Position numbers and translations under genes: made by a program. Below the pieces are notes generated by a model. It saw nothing but the letters and a program-made list of their open reading frames with translations, did no database searches and was not told the origin of the DNA. DNA of 26,917 nt, from contig JAIXOW010000245.1 in assembly GCA_027486615.1 (NCBI GenBank), forward strand, positions 1-26,917, read 5' to 3'. Each line of letters begins with the position of its first letter. Positions within the stretch are counted from its first letter, which is position 1. The DNA is from Oxalobacteraceae bacterium (lineage in GTDB: Bacteria > Pseudomonadota > Gammaproteobacteria > Burkholderiales > Burkholderiaceae_D). Below, in pieces: positions 24,333 through 26,917 of this stretch.

Positions 24333-25412
24333 TTAGAAACCTGTAACGAGACCAACAGCGTAACCTTTGGTGCTGCTTGTAGCATCACCAGCGGTTGCGT
24401 AGATTGGACCAACTGCAGTCTTGTTGCCTTGACCGCCAGTTGCGTAAAGGTATGTTGTACCTTTGCTGTTCAAGTTATATTGCAAACCAATGTTCAGCAT
24501 TGAAGCCTTGGTTGTTGCATTATTTTGAGCATAGCCTAAAGAAGCAATCAAAGTGTCGCTAACTTTTTGAGAAACGATACCGTAAAATACATTTACTTTG
24601 GTTGAAGCAGTAGCGGATGTATTTACGTCATGGCTGATATAACCAGCGCCGAGTGTTGTTGCGCCCATAGCATAGCTACCAGATACAGTCATACTGCTGT
24701 AGTTGGTTGAAGGTGCAGCTGCAGTACCTGCAGTGAATGTGCCGTCACGCTTTTGATAACCAGCGTTGATAGTTGCGTCACCCATTGCATAGCTAGCAGC
24801 ATATGCATTGTACTTGCTGTCATTGGTGTCATTGGTGTTAGAGGTTGAACCTGTAACTTGGCTTAACACTTTAGCTGAGAAACCACCGATACTTGGTGTT
24901 GAGTAAGAAATTGCATTTGGAATAAAAAAGCCAGTTGATGCGTTGGCTGTAGCACCACCTGCACCAGATACGTTTGAGCCAGCTAAGCCCAACGAAGTAA
25001 CGTAGAAAGATTGGTTGTTGGTGATAGCAGAACCACCAATTGCAGCACCGACGAATGGTGTAAATTGCAAACCAGCAGTTACTGTGCCGAATTCACCAGA
25101 CAAGCTAGCGTTAGCTTTACGATTGAAAAAAGGGTTGCCAGCTGCTACACCACCGTTGGCACCGTTGTTGCCTGAGCCGAGGTCATAGCCTAATTCAAAG
25201 TTGGCAGAAGCTTTCATGCCGTTATCTAAGTCTTGGGAAGCATTTAAGCCCATGATGTTACCTGCCCAGCTACCAAAGCCACCAAAAGATGTTTTGCCGC
25301 CGTCAACTTGGCTTACGCCTGCGTCTACTACGCCATATACACTTGCTTGAGCCATTGCTGCGGTCGAAGCTACTAAAGCCAAGACTGCTAATGCAATTTT
25401 AGTATTTCTCAT
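24333..25412 (-). CDS. Gram-negative general porin (Omp32/OmpC-like, Burkholderiales type)
   Basis: Signal peptide ending AMAQA, then SVYGVVDAGV. It is Gly/Ala/Ser/Thr-rich with beta-strand periodicity and a C-terminal ...GLVTGF. Confidence 0.9.
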   Translation of the reverse strand: MRNTKIALAVLALVASTAAMAQASVYGVVDAGVSQVDGGKTSFGGFGSWAGNIMGLNASQDLDNGMKASANFELGYDLGSGNNGANGGVAAGNPFFNRKANASLSGEFGTVTAGLQFTPFVGAAIGGSAITNNQSFYVTSLGLAGSNVSGAGGATANASTGFFIPNAISYSTPSIGGFSAKVLSQVTGSTSNTNDTNDSKYNAYAASYAMGDATINAGYQKRDGTFTAGTAAAPSTNYSSMTVSGSYAMGATTLGAGYISHDVNTSATASTKVNVFYGIVSQKVSDTLIASLGYAQNNATTKASMLNIGLQYNLNSKGTTYLYATGGQGNKTAVGPIYATAGDATSSTKGYAVGLVTGF

Positions 25413-25467
25413 TTTTTAATCTCCAAAATAAGTGACTATGTAAAAAATCACTTATTTGGAAATTCAA

Positions 25468-25488
25468 ACCGTCTAGTTACTGGACGGT
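25468..25488 (+). repeat. 17-nt hairpin palindrome, copy 9
   Basis: ACCGTCTAGTTACTGGACGGT, 58 nt upstream of the porin start codon. Confidence 0.75.
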
Positions 25489-25554
25489 GTAAAAAGTTGT
25501 TCTATTTCTTGAAGAAAAATAATATTTAGATTGATAAAAAAATATATTTCACCA

Positions 25555-25585
25555 AAAACAAAAAACCACCCTGAGGTGGTTTTTG
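25555..25585 (-). terminator. terminator after the T5orf172-like gene
   Basis: ACCACC-CTGA-GGTGGT with flanking A/T runs. Confidence 0.65.
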
Positions 25586-25589
25586 TAGA

Positions 25590-25617
25590 TCTAGACAGCT
25601 CGGGGGGATATCTAATT
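25590..25617 (-). repeat. possible very decayed tRNA-3'-end-like remnant (i)
   Basis: ATCTAGACAGCTCGGGGGGATATCTAAT matches about 18 of 29 positions of ATCTTGGTGGCCCGGGGCGGAATCGAACC by eye. Weak. Confidence 0.25.
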
Positions 25618-25635
25618 TGGCAGTAGATGCTGAAT

Positions 25636-26016
25636 CTATTTTTGAGTTATCTTTCTCAACGTGGTCCACCGCTCTTTTTTAGCCTCTGGCCGAACACCTG
25701 CTAGCTTAGCCGCACTCAGAGCTTTTTCTATTTCTCGCCACTCCAACTTGTGTACCTCAGTTCCACCTAGAAAGGGTATGTCTGCGAGATGAGTGTTACC
25801 CCAAAATACCGATTCAGCCCAATATGGATCTGGAACAAGGTGGTATTCTTTAAGCTCCCATTTCTGACCAGTTTCTTCAACTATGCGACCAGCCGCTTTA
25901 GTGAAATCACGATTGTGCTGAGCCAAACGCTTCATCGGATCCCGAATCGTCACACCAATTTTGTATAAATTCGGATCCGATGGATGAGTCAATACGTATA
26001 TAAATCCTTGTTTCAT
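25636..26016 (-). CDS. T5orf172 / GIY-YIG-like (MUG113) domain protein
   Basis: GFIYVLTHPSDPNLYKIGVTIRDPMKRLAQHN is the typical N-terminal core. Confidence 0.7.
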   Translation of the reverse strand: MKQGFIYVLTHPSDPNLYKIGVTIRDPMKRLAQHNRDFTKAAGRIVEETGQKWELKEYHLVPDPYWAESVFWGNTHLADIPFLGGTEVHKLEWREIEKALSAAKLAGVRPEAKKERWTTLRKITQK

Positions 26017-26118
26017 TTGGCGGCATTAAAATTGAGAGTGGTTTTTCGCTAATGTTAAATCCGTCGAGTACTAGCTTGCTCTTTTCGAATTTATCTTTAA
26101 CTTAAATAGACAATCCAG

Positions 26119-26490
26119 ATGAGAAAAAAACAAATTACACTTCAAGCAAAATTAAAACAAATAGTTCTCGCTATTAATTTTATAGCTTGTCCAATCGCTT
26201 TTGCCTATGATCCTTTAGATTGCCTTAACGATATATCAAAAATCGATCCAAAAATTATTGTTGGATTAGCTGTAAAACTTTGTTCTGGAGCATATTCGCC
26301 AGAACCAGTAAAGTGCTATGAAAAAATCGGTATTATCGACGACGGTATGATCAGAGGAATTGCGATTGACCTTTGTGCTGGTTCTATGGATGCTAATCAA
26401 ACTACTGATTGTTATGTAAAAGCTGGCAAGGAAAAACTCAATAGAGGTTTGGCAGCAACACTTTGTGGCGTAAAAAAGATTGAAAAATAG
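26119..26490 (+). CDS. secreted Cys-repeat protein
   Basis: Signal peptide followed by about 3 repeats of G(L/I)A..LC.G.......CY.K.G. Confidence 0.5.
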   Translation: MRKKQITLQAKLKQIVLAINFIACPIAFAYDPLDCLNDISKIDPKIIVGLAVKLCSGAYSPEPVKCYEKIGIIDDGMIRGIAIDLCAGSMDANQTTDCYVKAGKEKLNRGLAATLCGVKKIEK

Positions 26491-26530
26491 TTGACGCCAA
26501 AATTGAACTGTCTGATCCTACAATTGCCAC

Positions 26531-26547
26531 CGTCTAGTTACTAGACG
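26531..26547. repeat. 17-nt hairpin palindrome, copy 10 (perfect, T-A at the variable pair)
   Basis: CGTCTAGTTACTAGACG, 40 nt after the stop of 26119..26490. Confidence 0.7.
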
Positions 26548-26564
26548 CTTTGATTCATCGCAAT

Positions 26565-26592
26565 AAATAAACCACCCGAAGGTGGTTTATTT
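26565..26592. terminator. terminator hairpin, second copy of the 13396-13432 unit
   Basis: TTCATCGCAATAAATAAACCACCCGAAGGTGGTTT is nearly identical to 13396-13430. Confidence 0.6.
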
Positions 26593-26633
26593 ATACCTCG
26601 TTGAACATAAGTGAAATCAACTAGAGTTGAGCG

Positions 26634-26917
26634 TTTACTGATCTCAATCTATTTCATCATTCTTCTAAAGCGTAATTTACATCTTGCTCTTGTAAGCGTA
26701 AAGATGCATGAGAATATTTCAAAAAATTTTCTTTATGCCTTCTGTAATACAAAAGTCCTTCTTTAATGCTTGCTACTGTTGCACCTTGTTCTAGCATCTT
26801 GTCCCACAGGTTCCAATCTTCTTGAGGATGAACGCCATCTTCATATCTTTTTTTGTAGCCAATTTTTTGTCCAAAATCTGTACGGTACATCATGGATCCA
26901 TGATGCTGGCCTTGGCG
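26634..26917. repeat. direct repeat copy B
   Basis: See 12633-12916. It runs off the window edge. Confidence 0.9.
26657..26917 (-). CDS. family 2 glycosyltransferase paralogue, 3' part only (truncated by the window end)
   Basis: Its 78 C-terminal residues are nearly identical to the C-terminus of 12656..13330. The frame stays open to the window edge. Confidence 0.8.
   Translation of the reverse strand, partial: RQGQHHGSMMYRTDFGQKIGYKKRYEDGVHPQEDWNLWDKMLEQGATVASIKEGLLYYRRHKENFLKYSHASLRLQEQDVNYALEE

Noticed and set aside
1-26917. CRISPR arrays, rRNA genes, IS elements with transposases, and retron or reverse-transcriptase genes.
   Set aside because: I saw no regularly spaced direct repeats, no rRNA-like sequence, no DDE or Y1 transposase-like ORF and no RT motif (YxDD) in any ORF-track protein.

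Overview
This is an AT-rich, compositionally mosaic proteobacterial chromosome segment. Hand counts on sample lines give about 25-53% GC. The Omp32/OmpC-type porin and overall gene content suggest a low-GC Burkholderiales genome such as Polynucleobacter; this is inference only. Bases 1-4.6 kb look like ordinary stress and housekeeping genes: a formamidase-family amidase, DUF1003, Dps, a bicupin and DUF1232. From about 4.66 to 13.49 kb there is a chain of small gene packets of 0.65-3 kb. They carry Tag, YoeB-YefM, CorA, two GNATs, a CaCA antiporter and a GT2 glycosyltransferase. Each packet is separated from the next by a terminator-like hairpin plus a decayed copy of a tRNA 3' end. The chain ends in a well-preserved 45-nt tRNA-Phe(GAA) 3' fragment at 13441-13485. 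To its right lies an integrative island of about 10.5 kb. It holds an AT-rich operon of unknown genes containing an A16 tract, several orphan genes, a FimB-sized tyrosine recombinase and a structured intergenic region with paired DnaA boxes. It also holds a clamp-loader-like AAA+ ATPase and two tandem tyrosine integrases. After the island come a porin, a T5orf172/GIY-YIG-like gene, a Cys-repeat secreted protein and a second, roughly 95% identical copy of the GT2 gene that runs off the window. A 17-nt hairpin palindrome (CGTCYAG-NNN-CTRGACG) occurs 10 times, always intergenic and only in the variable part, and shows compensatory changes. The best candidate for an undescribed system is the 13964-16243 operon. 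The tRNA-remnant cassette array and the palindrome family are the most unusual non-coding structures. All family names are recalled from motifs read by eye; no searches were run.
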